64,000 nt of DNA from Epithemia pelagica (GCA_946965045.2 OX337232.1:1240001-1304000), one strand, 5' to 3'. Shown: positions 1 to 12,336, counted from the stretch's first letter. Numbers and translations are program-made. Notes: a model not told the origin generated them from the sequence alone.

Positions 1-1908
1 TGAGCAGGCGTGCGCACTTTGACCGTTGGTCTTCCCCATTCTTGATTGTCGTCCCAAGTTGCGACCCACATTATTTTCACTACGCACCTTTTGACATGGA
101 TAATGGACATGCACCATCACAATGCATTCTCCATCATCTGCACACCATGGACATTTGACATATAGGAGTAGACCATAGATAGTGTTTTGCTCTACCCCAT
201 CCTTTCTTTGTTTTTTCTAGGAGAAGTGTGGTTGTTTCTAGTGTTTGTGTCCGTTTAAAAGTGGACCCTCCTCCACAACACCGTGCCGTTGCCGTAGGCT
301 TGTCTCTTTGCAACCACATACCGTCCTATTTTAGAATACGTCTCTTTCTACCTAGTTGCGTTATGGAGCATATAGAGTGTAGAGTCCCCTGCACTGCTGG
401 GAAAGACAAGTCATGCTCATGGCAACAAAAAAAGAACAACAGGAGCAGGTCGACATCACAATCCACTAAAGACCCAAACTGAGCGACAGCAGAGGAAAAA
501 TGGATGGCTTCCTCCACTTATCCTACCTACTCCTAATTGAGGTCTATAGCTCTATTTTGTCCTATAATGATCCTACAAATGATGCCAGCAGCCCCACATG
601 GCATCGACCAAAATGGATGTTACATGGCACAAACAAATCACACACTATGGCAACTGGCAACGTAGTGAGAGCCTACAACTAAACATTGTCCATTCCAATG
701 CAAGTATTAGCCATTCCAGAACTTACCATAATGGATGTGCAGTGACAAAGATGAGATGAGATGGCCAGGGACGAAGCATGCCGTTTTTGGTGTTGGTTTG
801 GTCATTGCCTCGTTTTGTTGCCTGCATCGATTTTGTGACCCGTGAACTCACTGAGAACACTATTTTGAGTCTTGTTGAGCAGAACGCCTGCCATCTTCCA
901 ACTGTCACATCACGCCAGCCTTTCCACCGATGGATGTGAAATTTCCATTCACTTTTTTGTCTGTGAGATTGGGTTTGTCTTGCCCGAACAGACGAGCTAA
1001 GAAGCGGACATCTAGTCGGAGGGATTTGTTTCCGAAAAACTCGTGCTTGCTCCGTTTCCATTCACAGATGAATGCCCCAACAGGCAACTTCTACTTTGGG
1101 TACAACATGGATCAGAGTCATACTTGATCGAAAATGCGATACCAAGCCCACAAGGGAAGGCATTTAAGAAACGATGGTCTTGTTCTTGGTTCGAAACAGC
1201 TAACTACCATCAAATCGGCTGCGAGTTCTTAATTACATTAAGCCCTACCACATTATTTCAACGGACATCTCAGAACAGTTCGAAATTTTGAAAAATCTAT
1301 ATGCTACTCCGAGTCCTCACGCCAGCCGGCTACCCATCATGCTCCTCAAAATCACGACTCCGTTCCGTTCGCGTGACTCCGCATGCTCGGAGTACACTTT
1401 CAGCGGGGAACTCACATGTATCTCAATTGAAATATTGCAAGTGAACGTGTTCTTTCCGTAGGAGTAGTAGTTGCCAGGTGGCTGGGCGCGCTACTCCGAC
1501 TACTTTTTTCGCAAAATGGCGCGTGTGTGACTAGGAAAAGGGAGGATCAGAAGTTCAGTTGGGCCCTTTTCAGGTGTCCGTTGGACAAGCTATCATATAA
1601 CAGTAAATTTTAGCCCCCAAGATACAGAACTATCAGTGAAACCGAGGCTACCAAGAGAGTCTTAATTCCAGCAACAACCTAGCTTCTTCTAGATGATTAT
1701 TTTCAATATCATCATAAAGAGAGTATCGCTTCATAGCGATGGGGCTTCGGTTTTCTTTTTTCATGCATCTTGTTCATTTCTTGCTTGTAATGAATGGGTT
1801 ATGGGCTCTACGGTTTTCTGTGAGACACAATTATCAGGTGTGTTTGCGCTCTCGCCAGTCTCGCGGTGGACTCCGCGGCTGGGATCTGTAATCGACCTTA
1901 TTTCGCCT

Positions 1909-2150
1909 AGAGTACTAGTATCGAGTACAGCCCTAATGTGAGAGTACGAGTATCGAGTACCTACTTCTGTACTCATACATGTTCGAGTACGAGTACCCAG
2001 CCACTCCTGACTGTACGAGTACGAGTATCAATGATTACTCGTCCATCGAATGTATAGAGAGTACCAGTATCGAGTATATACTCGCAAGTATTCCACTATA
2101 CTCGAGTATTACTTGCACGAATCCCGCTATGGTAGTCACGAGTCGTACTA
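1909..2150. repeat. Left subterminal array of GAGTA/CGAGTA/CTCGAGTA motifs of the hAT-like element
   Basis: Dense repeats such as gagtacgagtatcgagtac and ctcgagtattac, mirrored at 4987-5247. Confidence 0.8.
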
Positions 2151-2214
2151 CGTGCTAGGCCGGCTAGTTTTTCATTTTAGCCGTGCCGATTTGTCCCCAC
2201 TTTTTATGCTCTTT

Positions 2215-2395
2215 TTCCTTCACATGCAATTCGTCCCCACTTTTCTCGCTCTCTGCTTCATCCTATTTTGTCCTCACTTTTCCTGCTCTTTCCTTCACAT
2301 GCAATTCGTCCCCACTTTTCTCGCTCTCTGCTTCATCCTATTTTGTCCTCACTTTTCCTGCTCTTTCCTTCACATGCACTTCGTCCCCACTTTTC
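2215..2395 (+). repeat. 75-bp tandem repeat, about 2.4 copies
   Basis: Unit cacatgcaattcgtccccacttttctcgct... starts at 2221, 2296 and 2371. Confidence 0.9.
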
Positions 2396-2791
2396 TTTCT
2401 ATCCTTTTCATCGCCATTTGTCCCCACCTAGCCTGCTCCTTTTGTCACTCAGGGATCAGGGAATCTACGTACAAGCCACTTTTCACAACTAAACATCTAC
2501 CTAAAATCCAAGTATATCGTCTCCTTCTTACAACATGATCCACCTCCTCTCATTTACAGCTAGGTTTACGTCCTCTTCATTGTTTTGGGTCTTGGGAGAA
2601 ACCAGAGTGTTACAGGGCATAGCATTGTTCAATACATTGTTGCGACGAGGTCATGTGGACGTGAGTCTTTATTGACAATCCATGTCAAATGTCAAGGCAA
2701 GTTCTTCCATGGAAGAGGTGGAGAGATCTTGGGTGGGGTATCGCAACTAAGTTTCCACTCAAGTTTGATTCCGCTGAAGAACCATCAAGGC

Positions 2792-3135
2792 CACCATTTT
2801 GTGGGTCCATCAAAGGAGCCACCGATGTGCTTGGTGCTGTACTACTGGGAACTGGGTGTCGGGACAGGTAAGAGTGTCCTGCATGGTATCAGTGAATGGT
2901 GTTGGTTGGTCAGGTCTACAGTTGTTTTTGTTGGTCACCTTTTGTGGGTCCATCGAAGGAGCCGCCGATGTGCTTGTTGTACCACTGGGTACACAGGTAC
3001 TCGTGCTGAGCGTGTCCTGCATGGTATCAGTGAATAATGGAGGAGTGCAGTGTTGGTTGGTCTACAGTTGCTTCTCTTGGCCACCTTCTGTGGGTGCATC
3101 AATGGAGCCGCCAATGTGCTTGGTGTACCACTGCT
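2792..3135 (+). repeat. Diverged ~145-bp tandem repeat, about 2.4 copies
   Basis: cacc(a/t)tt(t/c)tgtggg(t/g)ccatc..ggagcc(a/g)cc(g/a)atgtgctt recurs at about 2792, 2936 and 3082. Confidence 0.8.
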
Positions 3136-4882
3136 GATGCACCATCCATATCATCTACAGCTAGATTGATCTCCTCTTCATCTTCGCTAATAGAACTCTT
3201 CGGGTTCTCCTCATCTGCCGAGTCTAGAGTCATGGTTGGGCCGGCATCATCTTCAGTTTCTGCCACTTTATATTTGGCATCAAAGGGTGTCTACTGGGCA
3301 AGATATCACATGATCGTCGTTTCTGGGTGGGCTGTCAGTACTGGCGAGGCCGCAGCGGGCAATGTGGCCACCACAAAGGCGAGCGTATGTGACACGACAG
3401 TCACCGAAGGCCACACTAGCTACACCATGGACGATGAGACTGTTGTTGTTGTCTCATTGGAATCCACACCAACAAACGGTGTGTACAAGCACAGTGCCAA
3501 TGCCAGGAACAGGGCGAGTGTCATACTCAAGAAGGATCCCCACACATGACTACGGGCCAATCCACCTCATCCAGTCTGGGGTTGTTGGTATTGTTGGTAT
3601 TGTTTGTGTGGATGGCATGGAGGAGGTGGTTGTTGTCGCATTCGTTGTTGGTGGCGGCAAGCCATGGGGCTTTAAGTGATGATGAGCATGATTGGTGTGA
3701 TTGGAAGTGTTGTGGCGTGAAGGTGAAAAGCGAGACGAAGCAGGACCACCAGCACCACCATTGGTATGATGATTGTGATGAGTGGTGGAACAGTTGGAGG
3801 ATCCATCGTGTGGTGGCAAAACATGATTGGGAGATTGGTGCGCGGATGGTGGCGGCACTCGTTCCGGATTTTCAGTTTCAGGATGAGGAGGAGCGGTTCC
3901 AACGGTCCAACAACAACAATATTCCCGTCGTCCGGCTGGGACTTGTTCCAGAACCAAACTGGTCCAGGGGACCACACATCCAAGAAGGCCATGGCCGCCA
4001 CTGCGAACCACGGAATGCCCAAGGGACGACGCCACCAGTACAATAACGAGGAGGATGCTGTTGCCGTGGCAGTAATGCCGGCGCCAAAGCGAGACGTCGT
4101 GGCGGGTACCATTCAGTCTCCTCCACCTCAAACAAAGAACCCAGGGGTCGTTGTTGTGTGGCAGTATTGTTTGTGGAGGAATCGTCGTCGTAGCCCAGAC
4201 CCCAGAGGGGACGACGACGACGACGACGACGAGGCCCAGGGAGGAGGACTGCTATCCAGATAGTCCTTGCTGGTACATGCCAGTTGTCCGTCTGCTTGTT
4301 GATGACAAGCTGCCGCAAACTAGGGATGAACCACTGGAGCAGATCCTCCCACGGCTCCTTGACCAAAGAAACTCATAGAAAAGGTTGTTGTAGTTGTTGA
4401 AAACCAAAACTCATTTTCAAACCACAAGGACATTTGCTCCCATAGTAATGATGGAGGAGAATGAGGCATTGATTGTCTTGCCATTCTTGTGAGTGGCCCA
4501 ATACCGGATTGTCCCAAATCTTGAATCCTTTTGTGACTGCTGAGACAAGACCATTGAGCCATGGGTTTGGACAATCCCACACAGTCAGCGAGTTGACAAA
4601 TGATGGTAAATGGAGTAGAGCGATGCATCAAATCTTCAGTCCTCATGACCATAGAGTCAAAAATGGAATTGGTTGGCCTGGCCAGCAATCGACCTTGGGC
4701 CCACTCATGAAACTTGGTGATTCAATGAACAGAAATTGGGCAAGAGTTTGCAAATCACCGCAGGTTGAAATTGAATCCATTCCAGGGATCGTAAGTGTGT
4801 TGTTCTTCATTGAATCGGCTGGAACAGACGACTCTGTCCGACAAACAGAAAGGCTATGGATGATGGACGAGGTAGGATAGAG

Positions 4883-4945
4883 GATGGTCGATGATCGATG
4901 GTTGATGGTTGATGGTTGATGGTTGATGGTCGATGGTCGAGGGTT
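4883..4945 (+). repeat. GATGGT(T/C) heptamer microsatellite, about 9 units
   Basis: gatggtcgatgatcgatggttgatggttgatggttgatggttgatggtcgatggtcgagggtt. Confidence 0.9.
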
Positions 4946-4986
4946 CATGAGTGATGATACAAAAGAAATAGGTGCAAATGGGGGGA

Positions 4987-5247
4987 CAAACCATGCGCAT
5001 AGAAAATACTCGAGTACGATGAAGTAACACTCGAGTATTACTCGGGTATTGGATGTAGCTCGAGTACGAGTAGAGAGTATGTACTTGCCGAACTACGAAT
5101 CCATGAGTACGAGTACACGAGTAATACTCGACAAGAAAGTAAGAGTATCGAGTAATTACTTGTATGTCAAAATTGGAGGAAGTACGAGTATTTTAGCACC
5201 AATACTCGAGTATTACTCGAGTATTATGCTCGGTACTCGTACTCGAT
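4987..5247. repeat. Right subterminal array of CTCGAGTA/GAGTAC motifs of the hAT-like element
   Basis: Repeated tactcgagta and gagtacgagta just inside the right TIR. Confidence 0.8.
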
Positions 5248-5259
5248 TACAGATCCCAG

Positions 5260-8200
5260 CTCCGCGGTGGCAATCGTGATTCTTCACGTGGCGGGAATCG
5301 CCGTGGCGGCTCCGACCGTACCGACTCCTCCGGAGACACTCGTGGCGCCTCCGATGGCAACAACAGCTCCGATCCTTGTCCGTATCGGACCACGATGGAT
5401 TCTCATCGCAACCATTCTTGGGCTGATTGCATTTATAATCCTACGGGTCGCAATTTTAATCAAAGCCTTTTCGACGTCATGGTCCAGCGCTCCAACCGTT
5501 CTACCGGTGGCAATACCGGAAGCAATCCCCCTCAAGGTGGTTCCAATGGCAATAACAACCCGCGTGGTGGCTCTTCCGCTCCTCTGCGTTCCACTTGGGG
5601 CTCTTGTCCTTCTGCCCCAGGTCGTGGCAGTGATCAACACGCCTCTGACTCTGCTGGTGCCGGCAATGGATGGAATGCCGTTCCTGCCAATCCTCCTGCC
5701 GTAGCTCCTCCTCCAGGATGCGTTCCTACCATTCCTGTCGATGCCGAGGGAATCCAGCAGTGGAGCGATCTTCGCAATCCTGAAAAGACGGTCCCCGGTA
5801 CGTCTCACCTTTCATCTTCCTTTTCCTCGTCTCCTGACGATAAGACTCATCACCTGAACGTTTTGTTCTCGCAGCAATGTCAGATCCGAACTGGCACGCC
5901 AACGGCTATGCCGGCAGCGCAATCCATCCCGATGCACCCATCAACGAGGTCATCGACCAGTTCAACAAAATTTATGGACGCGGCATGGACATTGGCCACA
6001 TCTACGACCTGTCCACCCAAGGAGGTCTCGCTGCTTACTCCCGCGTCTCTATGTCGTGATGACGCTTTTATAAGCAAGGTGATTGATCCTAATAACGGTT
6101 ACTTCGATAACCTAGAGTCTTATGATGAGTTCTACTCCCAATTTCCTTCATCTAGTGATGTTCATTCGTTAGATTCGCCTTCTCGGCCTGAATGCGTTCC
6201 ACTCACCATCGTCATGGCTCGCCATATTGGCGGTGTTGAGAATACGCTTCCCTTGCGTGCCCTGCTCGATTCAGGCGCTGACAAGACGATTCTTCATTCA
6301 CGCTGCCTTCAACCGGGCATGATACCGCGGTCTACCGACCGTTCCGTGAACATGACCATGGGAACTCGTTCCGGTGTGTCCGAAATTCTCCTGGAAGACA
6401 TTGTTCTCCCAGAGTTCTCACGAACCAAACACGTAACCTTTCCCTTATGGGTCGACATCTATGATGCTCCCAACAGTCGCTATGATATCATCATCGGTCG
6501 CTATTTGCTTCGCCGTCTGGGCGTCCTTCTTGATTTCGATCGTGGGATCTCCTCCTGGGACTCCATTGAAGTCGCCATGCGCGACCGCGATTCATTCGCG
6601 ACTGAACACGAGTTCGTCTCCCATTTCATCGATCTCTTCGCAGATGATGACGTCCTCGGTGACGATTACCTGCTCGATTCAAATTACAAACAGGCAGATC
6701 TCGATGAGCTTCTCGCTCACCAGACTCATCTGACGCCCTCACAACAACAAGATCTTCTTGGTGTGTGGCTGAAATGCGGGCGCATCTTTGATGGCGTCCT
6801 GCGTGCCTATCCAGACAAAGAGCTGCATCTCGATCTCATGCCCGATGCCAAACCGGCTCATCATCGTCATTATGCGGTCCCTTGCAATATCCATGACACC
6901 TTTAAAAAGGAATTGTTTCGGTTTGTCGATATCGGCATTCTCGAACGAGTTGGTTCCACTGAGTGGGCCGCTCCTCATTTCGCCATTCCTAAAAAGGATG
7001 GACGAATCCGAATGATCTCGGACTTTCGTTCGCTTAATGCACAAATGCATCGCCGCGTCTATCCCTTTCCAAGGATCGAAGATATCCTTCGACGACGCAA
7101 AGGCTACAAGTATTTCACAAAACTTGACATCTCTATGTGTTTTCACACTTTCAAACTCGACGAGTTTTCCAGCAATCTTTGCGTTATCACTACGCCTTTT
7201 GGCAAGTTTCGCTATCGTTGTCTCCCTATGGGAGTCAAGCAATCCCCAGACTTCTGTCAGGAGCTCATGGAAGAAGTCCTCGCTGACTTTCGCGATCACG
7301 TCGAAGTCTACATCGACGATATCGGCGTCTTTTCCAACAGTTGGGAAGAACATGTCGAGATTCTCAACAAAGTCCTCCAATGTCTTCAAGACAAGAACTT
7401 TTCAATCACTCCTCACAAATGTGAATGGGCCGTGCAGGAAACCGACTTCCTTGGCCATTGGCTCACGCCTACAGGTCTACGACCATGGAAGAAAAAGATT
7501 TCCGCGATTCTGGCTTTATCGCCTCCTCGCACCATGAAAGAACTACGTTCCTTCATTGGCATGGTTAATTTCTATTGTCACATGTATCCTCAGCGATCCC
7601 ATCACTTAGCTCCGCTAACAGCCTTGACCGGCAAGAAGACCTTTGAATGGTCCCCGCAATGTCAGAAAGCCTTTGAAAACGTCAAAGCCATGCTTGCGCA
7701 TGATGCGTTCATCCGCTATCCCGATCACAACATTCCTTTCCACGTCTATGTGGACGCGTCTGACTATCAGCTCGGCGCTGTTATCATGCAGGAAAACATC
7801 CCTGTCGCGTATTTCTCACGCAAGCTCAACCCCGCTCAGCGGAATTACACCACTATGGAAAAGGAGTTACTCTCCATCGTCGAAACCCTCAAGGAGTTCC
7901 GCTCCATGTTGCTTGGCTGTGCCGCCTTGCACATTCATACCAATCACAAAAATCTCACCTATGCCACTCTCAACTCCCAACGAGTCCTTCGTTGGCGTCT
8001 CTTTCTCGAAGAATACAATCCCATCTTTCATTATATTCCTGGCCAGGATAACGTCATCACCGACGCGTTGTCGCGTCTCCCTCTTTCAGAAGAGGAGGAG
8101 AAGAGTGTCCCTTCCAAGGTCCCTTCCCACGGTCCCTCGTCTGGACCACGATCCCTTTTCGATCATAGCGGCAAACACTCCGTGTTTCAGGTTCCTCGTG

Positions 8201-9504
8201 CGCCTAATGATGACCCCCGCTTAGCGTCTCGTGACGCGGATTCTCATGAATCCCCTATTTTCATGGACGAAGAGTTGATCGATGTGTATCTTAATCATCC
8301 CGCCATTACGGCCAACCAACCTCTACCGGTTGACTATGCTACGATATTTCAGCATCAACAAAACGATGCCGCCTTAATGGCGTTGGTCCAATCCAAACCT
8401 GACTATTATCATTTGCAACCCTTTCCTACGGAAAACCCACAACACAACCTTGTCTGTTATCGACAATCGGTTAATGCCCTCTGGCGCATTCGCATTCCTG
8501 ACTCGCTTCTCGCGCATACAGTCAACTGGTATCATCTCGTGCTTAACCACGCTGGTTTCACGCGACTCCGCGATACTATCGCCATGCACATGACGCATCC
8601 CCAATTGGGACTCTACTGCGATCAAGCTGTTTCCAGCTGTCCGACCTGTCAACGGTCGAAGGTCGTTCATCGACATTACGGAGAATTGCCTCCTCGTGAG
8701 GTCCGTGGTAATCCCTGGTCCGACATTGCCGTCGATCTTATCGGCCCCTGGACAGTCAAAGTCCATGGCATGGCCCTGACCTTTCAGGCTCTGACGGTCA
8801 TTGACACTGTCACCAATTTTTGCGAGATCATCCGCATATACAATAAAACCGCTCGACATGTTGGTCTCCAACTCGAGAATTCATGGCTTTCACGCTATCC
8901 TCGCCTGGTTTGTTGCCTTTTCGATCAAGGTGGCGAGTTCATCGGCCATGCGTTTACGCAAGTGCTTTGCAATCATGGCGTCAAGCCAGTGCCCCTAACG
9001 GCCAAAAATCCACAATCAAATGCCCTATGTGAACGTCTTCATCTGACGATTGGCAATTCGTTACGCGCTATCGTTAACTACGAGCCGCCGCAAAACATTG
9101 ATCAGGCCGCTCTCATGGTCGACACTGCTCTGCAAGCCGCTGCATACTCTGCACGCACTGCCATTCACGGCAGCCTCAAACATTCTCCCGGCAGTCTTGC
9201 GTTCCACCGCGACATGCTGTTCGACATTCCCATCCTTGCGGACATGGAATTGATTCGTCAAAAGCGACAAATCATCGTTGACGAACGAGCTCGACTCGCA
9301 AATCGCTCTCGCGTCTTTCATGACTACAAGATTGGAGACCGCGTGCTCATCCGCGCTACCAATCCGGACAAATTGGCACTTCGTACCAGTCCCAATCCTT
9401 TCACTATCACGCGTGTCCATTCCAATGGCACCGTGACCATTCAACGTGGTCCCCACGTCACCGAGCGCATCAATATTTGGCGTCTCATCCCTTACCGTGT
9501 GTGA
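5260..9504 (+). CDS. Gypsy gag(3' part)-pol polyprotein: protease, RT, RNase H, integrase
   Basis: Zn-knuckle-like CPYRTTMDSHRNHSWADC; protease LLDSGAD; RT WAAPHFAIPKKDGRIRMISDFRSLN and YIDDI; RNase H VDASDYQLGA and EKELL; integrase HLVLNH..CPTC, VDLIGP, FDQGGEF, SNALCER. The frame is open from 5260. Confidence 0.93.
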   Translation, partial: LRGGNRDSSRGGNRRGGSDRTDSSGDTRGASDGNNSSDPCPYRTTMDSHRNHSWADCIYNPTGRNFNQSLFDVMVQRSNRSTGGNTGSNPPQGGSNGNNNPRGGSSAPLRSTWGSCPSAPGRGSDQHASDSAGAGNGWNAVPANPPAVAPPPGCVPTIPVDAEGIQQWSDLRNPEKTVPGTSHLSSSFSSSPDDKTHHLNVLFSQQCQIRTGTPTAMPAAQSIPMHPSTRSSTSSTKFMDAAWTLATSTTCPPKEVSLLTPASLCRDDAFISKVIDPNNGYFDNLESYDEFYSQFPSSSDVHSLDSPSRPECVPLTIVMARHIGGVENTLPLRALLDSGADKTILHSRCLQPGMIPRSTDRSVNMTMGTRSGVSEILLEDIVLPEFSRTKHVTFPLWVDIYDAPNSRYDIIIGRYLLRRLGVLLDFDRGISSWDSIEVAMRDRDSFATEHEFVSHFIDLFADDDVLGDDYLLDSNYKQADLDELLAHQTHLTPSQQQDLLGVWLKCGRIFDGVLRAYPDKELHLDLMPDAKPAHHRHYAVPCNIHDTFKKELFRFVDIGILERVGSTEWAAPHFAIPKKDGRIRMISDFRSLNAQMHRRVYPFPRIEDILRRRKGYKYFTKLDISMCFHTFKLDEFSSNLCVITTPFGKFRYRCLPMGVKQSPDFCQELMEEVLADFRDHVEVYIDDIGVFSNSWEEHVEILNKVLQCLQDKNFSITPHKCEWAVQETDFLGHWLTPTGLRPWKKKISAILALSPPRTMKELRSFIGMVNFYCHMYPQRSHHLAPLTALTGKKTFEWSPQCQKAFENVKAMLAHDAFIRYPDHNIPFHVYVDASDYQLGAVIMQENIPVAYFSRKLNPAQRNYTTMEKELLSIVETLKEFRSMLLGCAALHIHTNHKNLTYATLNSQRVLRWRLFLEEYNPIFHYIPGQDNVITDALSRLPLSEEEEKSVPSKVPSHGPSSGPRSLFDHSGKHSVFQVPRAPNDDPRLASRDADSHESPIFMDEELIDVYLNHPAITANQPLPVDYATIFQHQQNDAALMALVQSKPDYYHLQPFPTENPQHNLVCYRQSVNALWRIRIPDSLLAHTVNWYHLVLNHAGFTRLRDTIAMHMTHPQLGLYCDQAVSSCPTCQRSKVVHRHYGELPPREVRGNPWSDIAVDLIGPWTVKVHGMALTFQALTVIDTVTNFCEIIRIYNKTARHVGLQLENSWLSRYPRLVCCLFDQGGEFIGHAFTQVLCNHGVKPVPLTAKNPQSNALCERLHLTIGNSLRAIVNYEPPQNIDQAALMVDTALQAAAYSARTAIHGSLKHSPGSLAFHRDMLFDIPILADMELIRQKRQIIVDERARLANRSRVFHDYKIGDRVLIRATNPDKLALRTSPNPFTITRVHSNGTVTIQRGPHVTERINIWRLIPYRV

Positions 9505-9577
9505 CATGGGTTTTACTGCCGTTGGCCTCTGGCCATCAAGCTTTCCCATGGCCCGCTCGAACTTCCTAGGTCCAACC

Positions 9578-9790
9578 AGGGAGAGGGAGAGTGCGGTACC
9601 CGGACTCTGTCCCGCCACGACTCCACGTAAACATGACTCGATAGGTCCCTAGTTGAATCTTTGACACCGACGTTCGCAGAATTCAGTCCGTCCTTGTCCC
9701 GTGTGCAGATGGCTTCTCTGGCCATCGCTCACTTTCCTAGCCTAATTCCTAAAGATCATAATTTTTACGTCCTACCATTATAGGAGTACA
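9578..9790 (+). repeat. Polypurine tract (9578-9591) and probable 3' LTR (9592 to about 9790)
   Basis: AGGGAGAGGGAGAG directly followed by TGCGGTACC. The right boundary (..GGAGTACA) is inferred only from the CA end, as there is no second LTR to compare. Confidence 0.6.
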
Positions 9791-10317
9791 TGGGTATGGC
9801 ACTCTTCTCCTACTCCATCTATGCTCTAATCCTACATGCTACCCATAGGCTCCGAATGAAGAGCGTTACTAGTTACTACTCCTATGTACTCCTAGAGGAG
9901 TGGTTACATGTTACATCATATTCTCCCCGGAGTTGGAAGGCAGACTGCAGGAAGCACGAAGCACTAAAATGGGGAATCTGGATCTCTGAAGCCTCCGGCC
10001 CCGAGTTGATTTTCTCGTCATGGTGTTGGAAGAATATACTATCCTTGGTACCCCTCGAATAAAACAGGGGTGTGAAATAAGGGGCGTAGTCTCAAGGAGG
10101 TCAAGATCTTGCCCAATATTGAAAGTCGGCAGGGTGTAAGTGACTACACTATCAAAGGAGGGTTGTCTTATGGCCCATTGAAATAATCGGTGCGATAGGG
10201 ATTGTTATTGCCTACAGTGCCAACTAAGACTCCTGGTGAAGTGCCAACAATCACCGAACCATTCGTTTGTGTCGCCGACACCGACACAACACCTGGGGAA
10301 GCGAACGAATAACAAAG

Positions 10318-12071
10318 ATGAAAGGTGCAATATTACGACAGGGTGATGATAACAAGAAGCGTGATATCATGACGAAAAGAAAAAGATCATCTTCTTCGAA
10401 ACGCAGCAGAAAGAGAGCGGCTGAAGAGGAGGAGGAACGAAGACTCACAAAATCAATTTTTGGGTCGTCATCGCACGTCGCTGAAACTCAACAAGAGAAA
10501 GAAAAGACGCATGTACAGCAGAATTTGAGATCCAATAGCACAAGTGATACGTTTCTGTTTGAGATTGATCGAAAGGGAGTTGATTTATCGACAGACGGCG
10601 ATGATCGGTTGCTTGTGCCTCCAACGCCTCATCAACCGTCGGCGGCCGAAGTTTCAGTTGGGGAGGAAAATAAGATGGGCAGCGACGATAGTGGTCCGGC
10701 ATGGGTCGATGAGGAAGATTCTAAGCTGGAAGTTAGTCTTCTGCAGACGGATCGACTTCGAAAATTACGCACTTCGCGAGCTGAACCTGGTGCGTCTGCT
10801 CTCAATGGGGTCGAGTTGGAAAAACGAATGCGTCAACGATATCAGAACACTACAGCGAGAACTGCGAATACCGATTGGGCTGACATATCTCCTGAAGTCG
10901 ATGTGGATGCAGACAGAAAGAAAGATGATGAGCAGAATGTACATCAGGGTTCATCCATGTCGTTGCTCCGAGATACGGGGCGAAGGAGGTTGGAACCTAG
11001 TAATTTGGATATTGTCCGTTGTCCAGATGCAAACTTGAAAGATCCCAATCAAGCAGTTGTAAGAGTTGTACAGTTCCACCCAGGTTCAGATCCAGAGAGT
11101 CCCCTTATCCTGACAGGAGGATTTGACAAGACCCTACGTTTCTTCCAAGTCGGTGATGAAGGAAGCAAGAAAATTCATGGCATTCACTGTAAGTTGTCAT
11201 TTGTCGAACATCTCTAAGTATGGTCCCGGAGCTTATCAAGATGACCTCACATCGGCATATCTTAGTCCCAAATTTTCCTATTTACAGCGCGTCGTTTCTC
11301 GGTAAAACAGGGAATGTTGTTGTTTCCAGTCGTCGAAGACACTTTTATATGTATGATGCCGTGGCAGGGAAGTTGAATCATATCCCAAAAATTGTTGGAA
11401 GAGAAGAAAAGAGCTTGGAGCTTTGTATTTCCTCTTCGGACGGGAAAACCATTGCCTTTGGCGGGAACGATGGGTACATCATCCTGTACGATGCGCGGAG
11501 CAAGCAATGGATCGCCGACTTGAAGCTGAACGGCAGTGTACGCACAATTGCTTTTTCACCAGGCTCAGGTCAGCACATACTGGCCAGTGGTAGTGACGGC
11601 GATGTGTACAGATGGGATATCAAGAGCCGAAAATGTTTGGAGCGATTCTCAAACGTGGATGGGACATCTTGTTCTGCGTTGGCTGTGTCCGAGCAACACT
11701 TGGCGGTTGGATCTCACAGTGGTGTAGTGAATCTATATCGTAATTCCATGCAACACCATCCAAGCCAATTCATCTCCAATAACACAGAAGCGCCAATCAA
11801 ATCCATAATGAATTTGCAATCGGGAATCGGCTCCACGTGCTTCAACGGTGATGGACAAATTTTAGCCATCTCTACCAACCGAGAACAACAAGGTCTCAAG
11901 CTCGTCCATATGCCAACAGCGACCGTATTTGCAAACTGGCCAACTTCTGGAACTCCCTTGAGCTATGTTTGGTCTATGGACTTTTCTCCCGCTAGTAAGT
12001 TCTTGGCGATAGGGAACGACAAGGGCAAGTGCTTGTTGTATCGGTTAAATCACTACAACAGCAAGATATAG
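10318..12071 (+). CDS. UTP18: U3 snoRNA-associated protein 18 (WD40), intron 11189-11265
   Basis: AWVDEED motif and LTGGFDKTLRFFQV. The GTAAGT..TTAG intron joins IH|FPNFPIYSASF. C-terminal TVFANWPT and LAIGNDKGKCLLYRLNHY. Confidence 0.9.
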
Positions 12072-12336
12072 CTAGGCGAACTCGCTTGTTTATGAGATAA
12101 AGCTGATCTGTTATCTGTAGACACAACTTTATTTCCACCTCAATCACGAAGTCCGTCAGAGATCTCGTAGCTGCTAAAACATTAATCCCACTCCTTACAG
12201 AAAAATGCTCTTGTTGTCACCATCATGAAGAAGACGAATTCCCAATTCAATGGTCTGCACTGACATACAATCAAATGCTGCTACTGCCACCCATAGAGGG
12301 AGAATAGACGCGTGTTGAAGAAAAAATAGAAAGATT

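Larger units (their letters stand above)
1879..5259. mobile_element. Non-autonomous hAT-like DNA transposon carrying degraded cargo
   Basis: Perfect 17-bp TIRs CTGGGATCTGTAATCGA (1879-1895) / TCGATTACAGATCCCAG (5243-5259). 8-bp TSD CTCCGCGG at 1871-1878 and 5260-5267. Subterminal motif arrays at both ends. No recognisable transposase. Confidence 0.88.
1844..9790 (+). mobile_element. Ty3/Gypsy LTR retrotransposon, 5'-truncated (no 5' LTR visible), gag interrupted by a DNA transposon at 1879-5259
   Basis: PR-RT-RH-IN domain order in ORF 5395-9504, followed by a PPT and a TG-starting LTR-like segment. Removing 1879-5259 plus one TSD rejoins the gag frame: ..RSRQSRGGLR|GGNRDSSRGGNRRGG.. Confidence 0.9.

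Noticed and set aside
1-1840. Short ORFs and a possible gene or TE remnant at the window start
   Set aside because: No recognisable domain, TIR or LTR match within the window; left unannotated.
2215-3135. CRISPR-like array
   Set aside because: Plain tandem repeats with no unique spacers, no cas genes, and a eukaryotic context.
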